Part shown: positions 47,370 to 57,370 of the stretch, one piece after another
How positions within the stretch are numbered: the first letter of the stretch is position 1
Layout of the letters: each line of letters starts with the position of its first letter
From: Rubripirellula sp.
GTDB taxonomy: Bacteria; Planctomycetota; Planctomycetia; Pirellulales; Pirellulaceae
Direction: 5' to 3'
Assembly: GCA_965216875.1 (NCBI GenBank)
Contig: OZ244207.1
Coordinates: 6,464,001 to 6,528,000, forward strand
DNA length: 64,000 nucleotides
Notes under the pieces: model-generated
Database searches by the model: none
The model's input: only the letters and a program-made list of their open reading frames with translations
Told to the model about the DNA's origin: nothing
Program-made: the position numbers and the translations under genes

Positions 47370-48971
47370 ATGCGCGTTAAACGAACACGCCGCCGGTGGA
47401 TTGTGGCCGCGGCCATTTCCGCTGGTTTCTTCGCCAGCCCTGTGCTGGCATACGACGGAGAGGGAGGCGATGCAGCGCTTCAACCTGTCCCACTCGAAGA
47501 CCCATCCGCTTCCGACCAGGTTGTTGATCAACCTGTCGTGATGGAAGAGGAAGCCGAAGCGGTCGCGATTGCCGAACCGGTCGCATCCGTACCTTGCAAT
47601 TGCTGCAACAGCTACTGCTGCACCAAGAAGAAGAAGGAAGCGGCTACCGCAAAGATGAAAGGTGCCTACAAAGGCGTCTTCTATCAAAACGACTATAGCT
47701 ACCTCAATGACCGCTGCTACGATGGCCCCAGCTTCCTGGGCGATCGTCTGAAAGGTCTCCACTGTGGCAAACTCGACATTGGTGGCGAAGCACGCGTTCG
47801 TTTCCACAGCGAGAACAACCACCGTGGTCTCGGTCTGACCGGACGCGATGACCGCTTCTGGTTGACACGTGTTCGCGCGTTTGCCAACTACCGCGTCACC
47901 GAGAACATTCGCGTTTACGCTGAATACCTCTACGCCGACTCGGGCGGGGAAACGTTCAACAATCGACCGATCGAAGAAAACCGCGGTGAGTTGCAAAACG
48001 CACTCGTTGACTTGCAGCTAACCGAGCGTTTGTCGACTCGAATTGGTCGTCAAGAACTGCTCTACAGTGCACAGCGATTGGTTTCGCCGCTGGACTGGGC
48101 CAACACTCGTCGCACCTTCGACGGTGTTCGCGGAATCTACAAGGGCGACACCTGGACGCTTGATGGGTTCTTCGTGCATCCCGTGCGTCGTACAGCTGCT
48201 TTCGAAGACAAGATTGACAAGACCAATAACGACATCGACTTCTGGGGCATCTACGCCACCAGCGACAAGTACGAAATCGGTTTGGTCGAAGGCTACTACT
48301 TGGGTCTGAAGCACGACATCTTGAACTTCGATTTCCACACCTTTGGAAAGCGAATTTCGGGAACAAGCGACCGAGGCATCATGTATGACCTCGAAGGTGG
48401 CTTCCAAGTTGGCGAAAACAGCAACGGTTCAAGTCACGGCGCTTTCTTCTCGACCACTGGTTTGGGCAAGAAACTCAGCATCTGCACTCGATGCGGCGAA
48501 TGGAACCCAATCGTCTGGTTCTTCTACGATTACGCTTCGGGCGAGAAGGATTTCAACCAAGTCGGTGTTGGCGACGATGGCTTCCATCACCAATTCCCAC
48601 TGGCTCACAAGTACAACGGTTTCATGGACTTGTTCGGACGTCGTAACTTGCACGACATCAACGCACAGTTCATCACTCCGATCTTGGGATCGAAAGTCAA
48701 GTTGCTGCTGTGGTACCACTACTTCCGATTGGCAGAGCGAACCACGCCATACAACGTGAACATGACTCCGTTCAACACCGTGGCTGCTGCTGGAAGCCGT
48801 GACCTGGGTCACGAGATCGACGTGTTGTTCAACATCAACCTCAACCCACGTAACAACGTTTTGGTTGGTTACTCGTTCTTCAGTGCTGGTGACTACTACG
48901 ACACCACACCAGGTGTTCCAACCAACGCTGACGCAGACTTCTTCTACATGCAGTATCAAACTCGCTTCTAA
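47370..48971 (+). CDS. Alginate-export (AlgE)-family outer-membrane beta-barrel porin
   Basis: Signal peptide; RIGRQELLY..QRLVSPLDWANTRRTFDG; DYASG; FPLAHKY; DLGHEID; terminal F. Confidence 0.85.
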   Translation: MRVKRTRRRWIVAAAISAGFFASPVLAYDGEGGDAALQPVPLEDPSASDQVVDQPVVMEEEAEAVAIAEPVASVPCNCCNSYCCTKKKKEAATAKMKGAYKGVFYQNDYSYLNDRCYDGPSFLGDRLKGLHCGKLDIGGEARVRFHSENNHRGLGLTGRDDRFWLTRVRAFANYRVTENIRVYAEYLYADSGGETFNNRPIEENRGELQNALVDLQLTERLSTRIGRQELLYSAQRLVSPLDWANTRRTFDGVRGIYKGDTWTLDGFFVHPVRRTAAFEDKIDKTNNDIDFWGIYATSDKYEIGLVEGYYLGLKHDILNFDFHTFGKRISGTSDRGIMYDLEGGFQVGENSNGSSHGAFFSTTGLGKKLSICTRCGEWNPIVWFFYDYASGEKDFNQVGVGDDGFHHQFPLAHKYNGFMDLFGRRNLHDINAQFITPILGSKVKLLLWYHYFRLAERTTPYNVNMTPFNTVAAAGSRDLGHEIDVLFNINLNPRNNVLVGYSFFSAGDYYDTTPGVPTNADADFFYMQYQTRF

Positions 48972-48997
48972 TCGAGCGACTGCGGAAACGTAGAACA

Positions 48998-49047
48998 GAA
49001 AACAAAACGCTCCCGTGGATACGATCCGCGGGAGCGTTTTTTGTTTG
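48998..49047. terminator. Bidirectional intrinsic terminator
   Basis: AAAACGCTCCCGTGGAT-ACG-ATCCGCGGGAGCGTTTTTT between convergent genes. Confidence 0.85.
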
Positions 49048-49071
49048 CTTGATTGGCGCTGCGGCGACTCG

Positions 49072-50943
49072 TTACTTCAGGCCAACGCTCAGCCAACCGC
49101 TCGAGGCGTCCACCAACGCCGTTTCGAAGACACGGCCACGCAAGGATTTGATTCTTGCTTCCTGCGAAATCTCCATCGAACGGTCGAGCAAGGTTTCGGG
49201 AAAGACCTTGCTGAACTTGGTTTGGATCGCTGGCTTCAAGCCTGCCTGTGTGACGGTCAAGCGTTTGCGTCCGGGGAAGTTCACTTCGACTTCGCCATCA
49301 CGGACCAGGATGAGCTTGCCTTCTTCGGTAGACGCGACTTGATAAATCGCGGTGATCTCCATCGAGCGTTTGAGTTCGCGCCGCCCTTGAGTGAATTTTG
49401 TCCCGCGGACACCGATGCGGATTTTCTGGTCGCGAGCTTCGAACACAATCGGTTGCAAACTTGCAAAGCTGATTTCGAACGACGGCTCGGTAGGTTCGCC
49501 CTCTTTCTGAGGTGAGGACATGTCGCGACCCACCGCCTTCATCAAGCGATTGAGTTGGCTTTCCTTGAGCGTTCGTCCCGCCAGAACAGGGCTGAACGCG
49601 TTGTTGATCACCGACTCGTGAACTTGGAACAAGGCTCCGAAATCGGCATCGACGTTCGGTGGGGAGACAACCGTCGAAAGTTGGTCGCCAGTTCGAAACA
49701 CCGAATCGACACTTACCCAATCGCTTGTCGACGTCCATGCGCGCGACGGCTCGGAAAGGGACAAGCGTTGCAGAAGCGACCTCAGGTTGTCGAGCCGTCC
49801 GGGAGGTCCACCCGCCAAGGCGTCGTCGGTTCGTTGCGTGAAGTTGTCGGCAACTTGTCGACGCATTCTCGACAGCGCGATGCGATCGGCGCGAGGCTTC
49901 TGCTGTGCTGCTTTCTTGCGAGCGATGTTTCGAACCAACCGCATCTTGTGTTCGATCGCACGTATGTCGGTTCGCAATGCGGCTTGAACTTGTGTGGGTT
50001 CCATGTGAACGCCCGAATCATCAAAGTTCACGATTCGCGTCGCCGTGACGTCACCGCAGCCAACGGTGCGAAGACGCACCGGTCCGTTGTAACCGGTGTT
50101 GTTGCTGGTCACCGTGCCAGCAAGCGATACCTCAAGACGAACGCTACCGGTTGCTGGAAGCAAGTCGGCCGAGACCACACCGTTCATGGTCGCTTGTCCA
50201 ACGATCCGAGTGCCCAAGATGCAGTCGTAAACCGGACGGGTTTGAACGACGTCTTGGTGAACGGCTTCTTGTACCAGACCTTCGCTAATCAAGATCGCGA
50301 CATTGGGATGGTCAAACGTGTTGCGGACCGCGGTGATGGCGCCGGGGGCTTGCCCCGACGAGTGAATCGAAGCAACCAATGCCGAAATCGCTGCAATGTC
50401 GCCGGACGAAGGCGAAGCATCGAGCTGGCTGATGCGGCTTGCCAACGATTCAAGTTGTTTGCTGATCCCTTCGATTGCCTTTTCTTTGTTGCGAAAGCGA
50501 AGTGAATCAATCAGCTGTGAAAGGTTGTCACGCAGTTTCGTAAGCGGTTCGAGCTCGAGCCCCTCGTGGGTTCCGATCAGCCGATATCGCAGTGCCACCG
50601 CTTCACGACCAATCACCGGTACTTCACTACCTTCGGTGAGTGCTTGGTGAAGCGGATCAAGTTCCAAGTAATCAAGCCAAGATTGTTCGTTGTCGCCAGA
50701 TGTGTTCGTGCCGAAGAAAGACTTGACCGCTGAAATCTGATCCAGCACGAGTGGGCGGGCCGATTCGTAGTCGGGAAGCCGCGAAGCATCCAAGTCGGTC
50801 GCTGCCGCCTTGATTTCGGCCACCATTTGCTCACGTTCGGCGTCGGTCAACGTTGCTGCGACCGGTTGGCAGCAGGCAACCGAGAACAGGCCGGCTGCGG
50901 CAAGCAAAGCAATGGGGGAACGAAAAAGTGAATGCAAAGGCAT
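49072..50943 (-). CDS. Exported hypothetical protein
   Basis: 623-aa ORF with a signal-peptide-like N-terminus. Confidence 0.75.
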   Translation of the reverse strand: MPLHSLFRSPIALLAAAGLFSVACCQPVAATLTDAEREQMVAEIKAAATDLDASRLPDYESARPLVLDQISAVKSFFGTNTSGDNEQSWLDYLELDPLHQALTEGSEVPVIGREAVALRYRLIGTHEGLELEPLTKLRDNLSQLIDSLRFRNKEKAIEGISKQLESLASRISQLDASPSSGDIAAISALVASIHSSGQAPGAITAVRNTFDHPNVAILISEGLVQEAVHQDVVQTRPVYDCILGTRIVGQATMNGVVSADLLPATGSVRLEVSLAGTVTSNNTGYNGPVRLRTVGCGDVTATRIVNFDDSGVHMEPTQVQAALRTDIRAIEHKMRLVRNIARKKAAQQKPRADRIALSRMRRQVADNFTQRTDDALAGGPPGRLDNLRSLLQRLSLSEPSRAWTSTSDWVSVDSVFRTGDQLSTVVSPPNVDADFGALFQVHESVINNAFSPVLAGRTLKESQLNRLMKAVGRDMSSPQKEGEPTEPSFEISFASLQPIVFEARDQKIRIGVRGTKFTQGRRELKRSMEITAIYQVASTEEGKLILVRDGEVEVNFPGRKRLTVTQAGLKPAIQTKFSKVFPETLLDRSMEISQEARIKSLRGRVFETALVDASSGWLSVGLK

Positions 50944-51058
50944 CGCAGTCGCCTGGGGGATTCGGAGAGTCTGGGCGGTCCAGGGGCTATTCTAAGTCGA
51001 GCTGCGATTAAACGTGAGGCCAGTTCCGCAATGGCGAGTCAATATTCATGGCGCTCTG

Positions 51059-51229
51059 CGTTCGTAGTACCGAGCTTTAGCCGGAATCTTCAGGCTCTTC
51101 CGCCCTAAGGGCAGGACTCGAATCGAGAGGCTGTGGATTCATGGGAGCCGTGATCGCGTAAGCGGCCGGGCCTTGCACCCCTTTTGCGAATCTCGGGGGC
51201 CCGACGCTAGCTAGCGCGTTCCGCTCACG
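51059..51229. repeat. REP family B (51059-51125) plus a family C pair (51141-51229)
   Basis: Matches 28042-28104 and 8099-8126/28008-28036. Confidence 0.8.
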
Positions 51230-51234
51230 CCAGG

Positions 51235-51864
51235 TCAGGGCAACGGCGTCTGGAAACTCAAGGCATCGCACAAGCGAGTCAATGCGGGGTCGAAATCCTC
51301 ATTCTTGCCATGCGTCCAGACCTCTACCAACAGATCGATGTCGCCATCGTTCATCCGGCCATAAAGTCGGCTCGTGTGACGGAAGATGGGGTCGTTGGGA
51401 TCAAGCCAATCGATTGCGACCTGGTCATATCGCCGTGTGACGACATCGGCGTCTAGCAGAGGGGTGTCGCTACCGGTCGGCGTGGTGTCGGCGTCGCCGG
51501 TTTGTTCGAGCGTCTGGGATTCGTCCTGGTTGAGTTTGCTCAGGTCGACTTCGCTCTTCAGCGGTGGCCACTGCTTGAACAGGAAGGGGCGGATTCGGAC
51601 GATCAGATTGGATGATTCGCAGACGTAAGTGACACGCCGCGCTTTGTGGTCTTTTGCGGTTGCAAGAAGCGTCCAGCCATCGCTTGGTGCGACGGAGATT
51701 CCGAGGGACTGGAACGAGACCGATTCACCGGATCGGCGAACGATGTCGACTCCTTGCGGTTCATCATTTCCTCGAAAACCGTAGTACCCAAGCATCAGGA
51801 TGACGCCGATCGTGATCAGCGTCATGGGCGAAAGTTCGATAGGAGGCCGTTCGGGGCGATTCAC
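51235..51864 (-). CDS. Membrane-anchored hypothetical protein
   Basis: 209 aa with one N-terminal TM helix; follows the cyclase gene. Confidence 0.65.
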   Translation of the reverse strand: MNRPERPPIELSPMTLITIGVILMLGYYGFRGNDEPQGVDIVRRSGESVSFQSLGISVAPSDGWTLLATAKDHKARRVTYVCESSNLIVRIRPFLFKQWPPLKSEVDLSKLNQDESQTLEQTGDADTTPTGSDTPLLDADVVTRRYDQVAIDWLDPNDPIFRHTSRLYGRMNDGDIDLLVEVWTHGKNEDFDPALTRLCDALSFQTPLP

Positions 51865-51898
51865 TTCACGCGTCCACGCGTTTTAGCTTGCAGAGGTT

Positions 51899-53716
51899 CT
51901 AAAGCTTAGGCAGATCGATCACACCATTCCATGTATCGGGCGGCACACGGTTGTGTCGCAAGATCGTAGCCAACAAAGCATCCTTGGGGCGATCCCAAGC
52001 GGGCAAGGCGTGAAGTTTTTCGTACGCATCGTTCCAACGTCCGGCGATAAGGTCATCGAGACTTTGTTCGTAGGCCAAGATCTGTTGATCCGAAAGAACG
52101 GGGCCCTCGTTTTCTGGTGACAGCAGTTCAAAGATGTCGACTGGCGTGTCCAAGCCCGCTGGGCGAACGCGCGCGAGTCGGCGAGTTCGAAAACGCTCGT
52201 CATTCGAATCGGCAATGGCTTTGGCTGTGGCTTCATCAAGGATCACTTCGGATCCGAAATTTTTCGTGACCCCTTCAAGACGACTGGCCAAGTTGACCAC
52301 CGGGCCGAACGCCGTCACTTTCACTTGGTCAACGGTACCGATTCGCCCCGCGACCGCTTGTCCGGTTGCGATGCCGATCCCGCAATGAAAGCCCTCGTCG
52401 GCCGCAGCATCGTGATTGCTTTGACGTATCTTCATTGCTGCCATCGCAGCACGAATGGCGGAATCAGACTGTTCGAGCGGCCAGCCCCAAAAACCCATTG
52501 CCGCATCGCCGTGAAAGTCGCCAATCACGCCACCCGTATCAAGGATGTGACGCGTCATGACGCCGAGCGCGTCGCTGACAAACTCCAACAACTCGAGCAA
52601 GTGACTCGCGTCGCGTTCGCTACGCCTTGAAAAGCCACGCAAGTCGCAGAACATCACTGATAGTTCGGCAACGCGCGGTTCCAAAACGGCATCGGTGTCG
52701 CGTCCGGCCAGAGCTTGCATCACCACCGGTGCAAAGAAATGCCGAATAGCAGCTTGCCGTCGTTCCAAACGCCGGCTTTGACGAAGGTTTGCAATGGTTG
52801 TGCCAACGAGTTCCGCAAACTTGACATCGTCCTGAAGCTCATCCGGCACAGCCTGCAACGACTTGCTGACGTCAAAGCCGGGTGTCGACATCAATTGCCC
52901 GGTGACATACAGGGCCCAGCCAGGACACGCCTCGCTGCGCAAGGGAACGCAAAAGGCCCAGTCAGCATCTTCACTCGCCGTGTAGGTCGAAAGGTCGTGT
53001 CGAATACCCGTCCACACGTTCAAGACGCTCTCGCGTTTTTCAACCGCACCACGAACAAGCTTCGCACTGACCGGCGGCCCTTCGCTTCCCGGTACGCGGC
53101 TGTCGTAGTGCAGAATCTCCACTTCCTGTTCATCAAGTGAAGGTTGATCGACTGAACGTTCCGATCCAATCGATTCGGGCCCAACGGAGACGATGGCAAC
53201 GGCCGATGCCGACGGCGTTGCTTGCAGCAGCACACCCGTCACACGAACAAGCAACTCTTCGTCACTTCCGCTGCTGGTGATCAAGTCGGGCAGTCGGCTG
53301 AGCATTTCGATGCGGCCGGCTGCGTCCCGGAAATGACGTCGCCGAAGGATCGAAAGGTCGTAAGCGTGCTCGGTCACTTCACCAGCGGCGGATGAGTCTG
53401 ATGCGCCCGGTCGATTGGCGAGGGTGAAGGTGGTGTGCCCAATCACAAAGTGCTCGCCGGCCACCATCACGAATTGCGCCGACTTTTCGCCTCGATGGAA
53501 GACCGAGTTTCGTGCCGAGGGCATGCAACTGACGCGAACACGGTCGCCGGACAATGGCGTCAGCCGCACATGGGCGCGCGAGATCATCGAGTCCCAAGGG
53601 ACATTCCAATCAGCGTCGGCTCGTCCAAGGATCACTTCAGCCCCCGAAGTTGCATCGGGCAATTCTCGGCGCCAGCGGTTTTCGTGGGCTGGTCCCTGTG
53701 CGATCAAGTCGGGCAT
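51899..53716 (-). CDS. FHA + GAF-like + class III nucleotidyl cyclase
   Basis: FHA ILGR..ISRAH..RN; cyclase MFCDLRGFS, GDAAMGFWG, GIGIATG, VNLASRLEG. Confidence 0.9.
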   Translation of the reverse strand: MPDLIAQGPAHENRWRRELPDATSGAEVILGRADADWNVPWDSMISRAHVRLTPLSGDRVRVSCMPSARNSVFHRGEKSAQFVMVAGEHFVIGHTTFTLANRPGASDSSAAGEVTEHAYDLSILRRRHFRDAAGRIEMLSRLPDLITSSGSDEELLVRVTGVLLQATPSASAVAIVSVGPESIGSERSVDQPSLDEQEVEILHYDSRVPGSEGPPVSAKLVRGAVEKRESVLNVWTGIRHDLSTYTASEDADWAFCVPLRSEACPGWALYVTGQLMSTPGFDVSKSLQAVPDELQDDVKFAELVGTTIANLRQSRRLERRQAAIRHFFAPVVMQALAGRDTDAVLEPRVAELSVMFCDLRGFSRRSERDASHLLELLEFVSDALGVMTRHILDTGGVIGDFHGDAAMGFWGWPLEQSDSAIRAAMAAMKIRQSNHDAAADEGFHCGIGIATGQAVAGRIGTVDQVKVTAFGPVVNLASRLEGVTKNFGSEVILDEATAKAIADSNDERFRTRRLARVRPAGLDTPVDIFELLSPENEGPVLSDQQILAYEQSLDDLIAGRWNDAYEKLHALPAWDRPKDALLATILRHNRVPPDTWNGVIDLPKL

Positions 53717-53937
53717 GAACGGTCGGTTTGGTAGACGCGATGAATGGTGGATCCCTTTCCCTCGGAGGTGGAAGCGAATCCGGAACGATCGAAGCGAACG
53801 AGTCCCGCGAAACGAGCGTGAAACACGGATTTTACATCGTACATCATTCAAACCCCATCGGAGGGCCAAACTGATCTGGACACTCCACCCCCTGAAAAGC
53901 GAAAGAGAGCTATCACGTACCCGAAAGCCCAGCAACC

Positions 53938-54471
53938 ATGACGCAAGAGCAAAGCCGCTACTCCAATCTTCGCGACAGCTTCACCGCACTTCGCGAGTTT
54001 ATCGTCGTTGTCGCGATGCTTTCGTTGTTGTTTGTGCCTGGACGTGTTCGCGCCGTGCTTGACGATGCGGGGATCCGGTCGCTCGCCGGCGTCGAGTTCG
54101 ATACCCAAGAATTGGAAAAGTCCGAGCGGGCCGTCGAAGATGCGCAGCGTAACGTCGCCAAGTTGCGACGAGAGCTTTCGATTGTCAAAGATTCGCTCTT
54201 CCAGGCCAAGCAAACCCAAGGGATTCAGGCTCGCTTTGATTTGGAAGATGCGTTTGCGCACCTCGATACGGCTCAACGCGAAATCATCGAGACTGAAGCA
54301 AACTTGAATCAGTGTGCCGAGACGAACCTCAATATCTTGCAGCGGCACGGCATCAACCGAGAGCAGAAAGCGATCGCGCAGCAATCCTACGAAGTGCCGT
54401 TTGATCTCGATCATGATCATCCAACGCAACCCTATTCGACCAAGCTCGACGACGCGTTGTTGCAACGCTAG
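53938..54471 (+). CDS. Hypothetical protein with TM helix and coiled coil
   Basis: FIVVVAMLSLLFVP followed by a heptad-like charged region. Confidence 0.6.
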   Translation: MTQEQSRYSNLRDSFTALREFIVVVAMLSLLFVPGRVRAVLDDAGIRSLAGVEFDTQELEKSERAVEDAQRNVAKLRRELSIVKDSLFQAKQTQGIQARFDLEDAFAHLDTAQREIIETEANLNQCAETNLNILQRHGINREQKAIAQQSYEVPFDLDHDHPTQPYSTKLDDALLQR

Positions 54472-55736
54472 GCGGATTGCGAGGCAGAAGTCTCGGTCGC
54501 CGCAATGGCAGCAGCGCGGCCGGTGCTGAATGCCGCCTGGAAATTGAAGCCGCCGATCGGTCCGTCAACGTCCAGGACTTCACCGGCAATGTAAAGTCCG
54601 TCGGCAAGACGACTGGCCATCGTCTTTGAGTCCACTTCATTCAGGGCGACACCACCTGCGGTCACTTCCGCTTTCTCGAAGCCTTTGGTTCCGCTGATCG
54701 GCAGTTCAAGACGCTTGAGCTGTTCGGCTAACTTGTGAGCCGACTTGCTGGATAATTCCGCAAGTGTCGTCTGAGGCGTCAGACGTTGGTCGCCGACCGA
54801 GCCAACGACCGCATCGATGACCCGTTTGGGCAGGCTTTCGGAAAGCAGTGTCGACAGTCTTCTCTTCCCTGCTTCACCCTCTCGCTGCTGAAACTGTTGT
54901 TGCAACTGCTCGTGGCTGATGGAGGGGACTAAATCAACGGTCAAGCGAACGTCGCCAAACGAACGGGCTGCCGTGATCGCACCGGAAACATCCATCGCGG
55001 CTGGCCCCGAGAATCCAAAGTGCGTGAACAGCCACGAAGACTCACGCTGAGCCAACTCTTTTTTCCCCTTTCCTTTTCCCACCGGCCGAACGGTTGCAAC
55101 CACGTTGTCGAGCGTGATGCCGGAAAGGTCATGCGTCCACGGAAAGCCACCCACCAGCGGAACGAGCGCCGGGCGCGGAGGCACAATCGTATGCCCTACA
55201 CGGCGGAGCCAATCGTAAGCATCGCCGGTCGTACCGCATCCCGGCCAGCTCTTGCCTCCAGACGTGATGATTAACCGGTCACAGGTCAGCGTTTCTTCGT
55301 CGAGCGACACATTCCATTGATGGTTCTGGTGTGCGATACCGCGCACAGGACAATCGCGCCGTAGTTGGACGCCGCAGTCGACGGCCTGTTGGTGAAGTGC
55401 ATCACGGACGTGAAGAGCACGGTCGCTCTGGGGAAAGATCTTTCCGGTCGATTCGATTTTGGTTGGCACGCCCAGCCGCGAAAACATGTCGACAACGGCG
55501 TCGGGAGGAAAGCCGCCAACGCTCGGTTGAAGGAAGCGTCCCGCTTTTCCAAACGCCTTTGTAATCCCCCTCGCATCGGTGTTCTGCGTCAAATTGCAGC
55601 GTGTGCCACCCGACATCAAGATTTTGACGCCCGTCTTGGGATTCTTTTCGAGCAGGGTCACACGAGCGGACCGTTTGGCGGCTTCGGCGGCCGCGACCAG
55701 ACCAGCGGCTCCCGCACCAACAACAATAATGTGCAC
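54468..55736 (-). CDS. HI0933/YhiN-family flavoprotein
   Basis: VGAGAAG, KILMSGGTRCNLT, GGKSWPGCGTTGD, LFTHFGFSGP, AEVTAGGV, GGFNFQAAFSTG. Confidence 0.93.
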   Translation of the reverse strand: MHIIVVGAGAAGLVAAAEAAKRSARVTLLEKNPKTGVKILMSGGTRCNLTQNTDARGITKAFGKAGRFLQPSVGGFPPDAVVDMFSRLGVPTKIESTGKIFPQSDRALHVRDALHQQAVDCGVQLRRDCPVRGIAHQNHQWNVSLDEETLTCDRLIITSGGKSWPGCGTTGDAYDWLRRVGHTIVPPRPALVPLVGGFPWTHDLSGITLDNVVATVRPVGKGKGKKELAQRESSWLFTHFGFSGPAAMDVSGAITAARSFGDVRLTVDLVPSISHEQLQQQFQQREGEAGKRRLSTLLSESLPKRVIDAVVGSVGDQRLTPQTTLAELSSKSAHKLAEQLKRLELPISGTKGFEKAEVTAGGVALNEVDSKTMASRLADGLYIAGEVLDVDGPIGGFNFQAAFSTGRAAAIAATETSASQSA

Positions 55737-55902
55737 TAAATCCCTTTATTCCGTACCATCGTTAATTGCGACAATTTTATCCTTGCCCCTATGCAAAACT
55801 GTAGTGAATATCGATTGATAAGTAAGACGCAAGCGCCCGAGGTGGATAAGGAAGAGTAGCCTCGAGTGCAGCCATTCGAAAACGCATGCGTTCGACGTCA
55901 TT

Positions 55903-57012
55903 ATGTCTACAGCTCAAAATACCCTTCCGGAAAAAAAGTCATTCTCCTTCGCTGAAGCTCGCAGTCTGATAGGAGATCTGAATCGGCCTAATCCTGTGAT
56001 CTACTGGACCGATTTCTTGGTTTCCATTCTGATCGGACACGCGGCCATCACCACGATGGACGTTCTCATCCGTCGCTATCCGGATGTACCTTGGCTCGTA
56101 CCCGCTGTCATTGCGTTGTACGTCACGACGGTGATCGCCTATATGCGGTCATTGATGTTCATTCACGAGCTGATCCATCTGCCCAAGGGCAAGTTCCTGG
56201 GTTTCCGTTTCATCTGGAACGCGCTCTGCGGGATTCTGTTCTTCGTGCCGTCGTTCTTGTACTACCCGCACGTTGATCATCATCGACGCAAGCACTACGG
56301 GACGGAACATGACGGCGAATACTTGGCGCTCAGCCACAACGGTCGGTGGATGATCGTCGGCTTCATTGTGCAGGCGCTCGTGATTCCATTCCTGGGTCTG
56401 GCGAGATTCTTGATCATCAGTCCGATTTGTTGGGTGATTCCGGGTGCACGACGTTGGGTGCATATTCACGCATCGACCATGCTGGTTGATCCGACCTACG
56501 AACGTAAGGATGCCAATCCAAAGTTGATGCGTACCGTCGTCCTGCAGGAAGTCTTCTGTTTTGCGTGGTGCGTCTTCTTTATCTGCCGCGGCCGGATTCT
56601 CTTTGGTCACTGGCTCGACCAATTCCTATTGATCGCCTACTGCGTCGGAGTCGGTTTGCTGGTACTCAATGAACTGCGAACGCTTGGCGCGCACCGGTGG
56701 ACGAACGTCGAAGGCGAAATGACCTTCGAAGAACAACTCTTGGATTCGGTCAACTATCCCAACAACGGATGGATCACCGAGATCTGGGGACCGGTCGGGA
56801 CGCGTTACCACGCTCTGCATCACTTGTTCCCCAGCCTGCCGTACCACAACTTGCCAGAAGCACACCGACGCCTTAGCGAAGGGTTGCCGGCCGAGTCGCC
56901 TTATCACAAGACATCGGCCAAGAGTTTGACCAGCGAGATCATGGCACTGTGGAAACGGGCTGCAAAACAGCGCAAGGAAAAGTCATCCACCGTTGACTTG
57001 CAGCATTCCTAA
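55903..57012 (+). CDS. Membrane fatty-acid-desaturase family protein
   Basis: His boxes HELIH, HVDHH, HALHH; TM helices. Confidence 0.88.
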   Translation: MSTAQNTLPEKKSFSFAEARSLIGDLNRPNPVIYWTDFLVSILIGHAAITTMDVLIRRYPDVPWLVPAVIALYVTTVIAYMRSLMFIHELIHLPKGKFLGFRFIWNALCGILFFVPSFLYYPHVDHHRRKHYGTEHDGEYLALSHNGRWMIVGFIVQALVIPFLGLARFLIISPICWVIPGARRWVHIHASTMLVDPTYERKDANPKLMRTVVLQEVFCFAWCVFFICRGRILFGHWLDQFLLIAYCVGVGLLVLNELRTLGAHRWTNVEGEMTFEEQLLDSVNYPNNGWITEIWGPVGTRYHALHHLFPSLPYHNLPEAHRRLSEGLPAESPYHKTSAKSLTSEIMALWKRAAKQRKEKSSTVDLQHS

Positions 57013-57023
57013 CGCAGTTTGCA

Positions 57024-57370
57024 GTGAGCCGAACGCGCAAGTTAACGCGAGCTCCAACAATCACCCTCCCGCTTGCGGGAGGGTCGGACGCAAAATCCGG
57101 GGAGGGAATCCATACAAACCCTCTCCGTGCCTTAGAGCCCGACTCTCCCAAGGGAGAGTGTTAACATGCGGACTTTCGAAGTGAGCCCTTCTTCCCTAGT
57201 TCTAGCTAGCCACGCTCGTCAGCGAGTGGTGGTTGTGGAAAGCGGTCAATCGATGAAAACCACCTTCAGGCGAAGCTAGCGACGGCACGAGATGACGTGC
57301 ATGACTTCTCGGCTTGCAGCATATCGAACATGCCGGATCCGCGTCGCTGCCGCTCCTCGATCCGGCCTAC
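57024..57370. repeat. Composite repeat cluster: families C (57024-57040), A (57051-57170), E (57207-57229), D (57331-57370)
   Basis: Each unit has other copies in this window. Confidence 0.8.

Noticed and set aside
43278..48971. Mtr-type porin-cytochrome extracellular electron transfer conduit
   Set aside because: The porin is AlgE-like, divergently transcribed and not MtrB-like; the context is nitrogen assimilation
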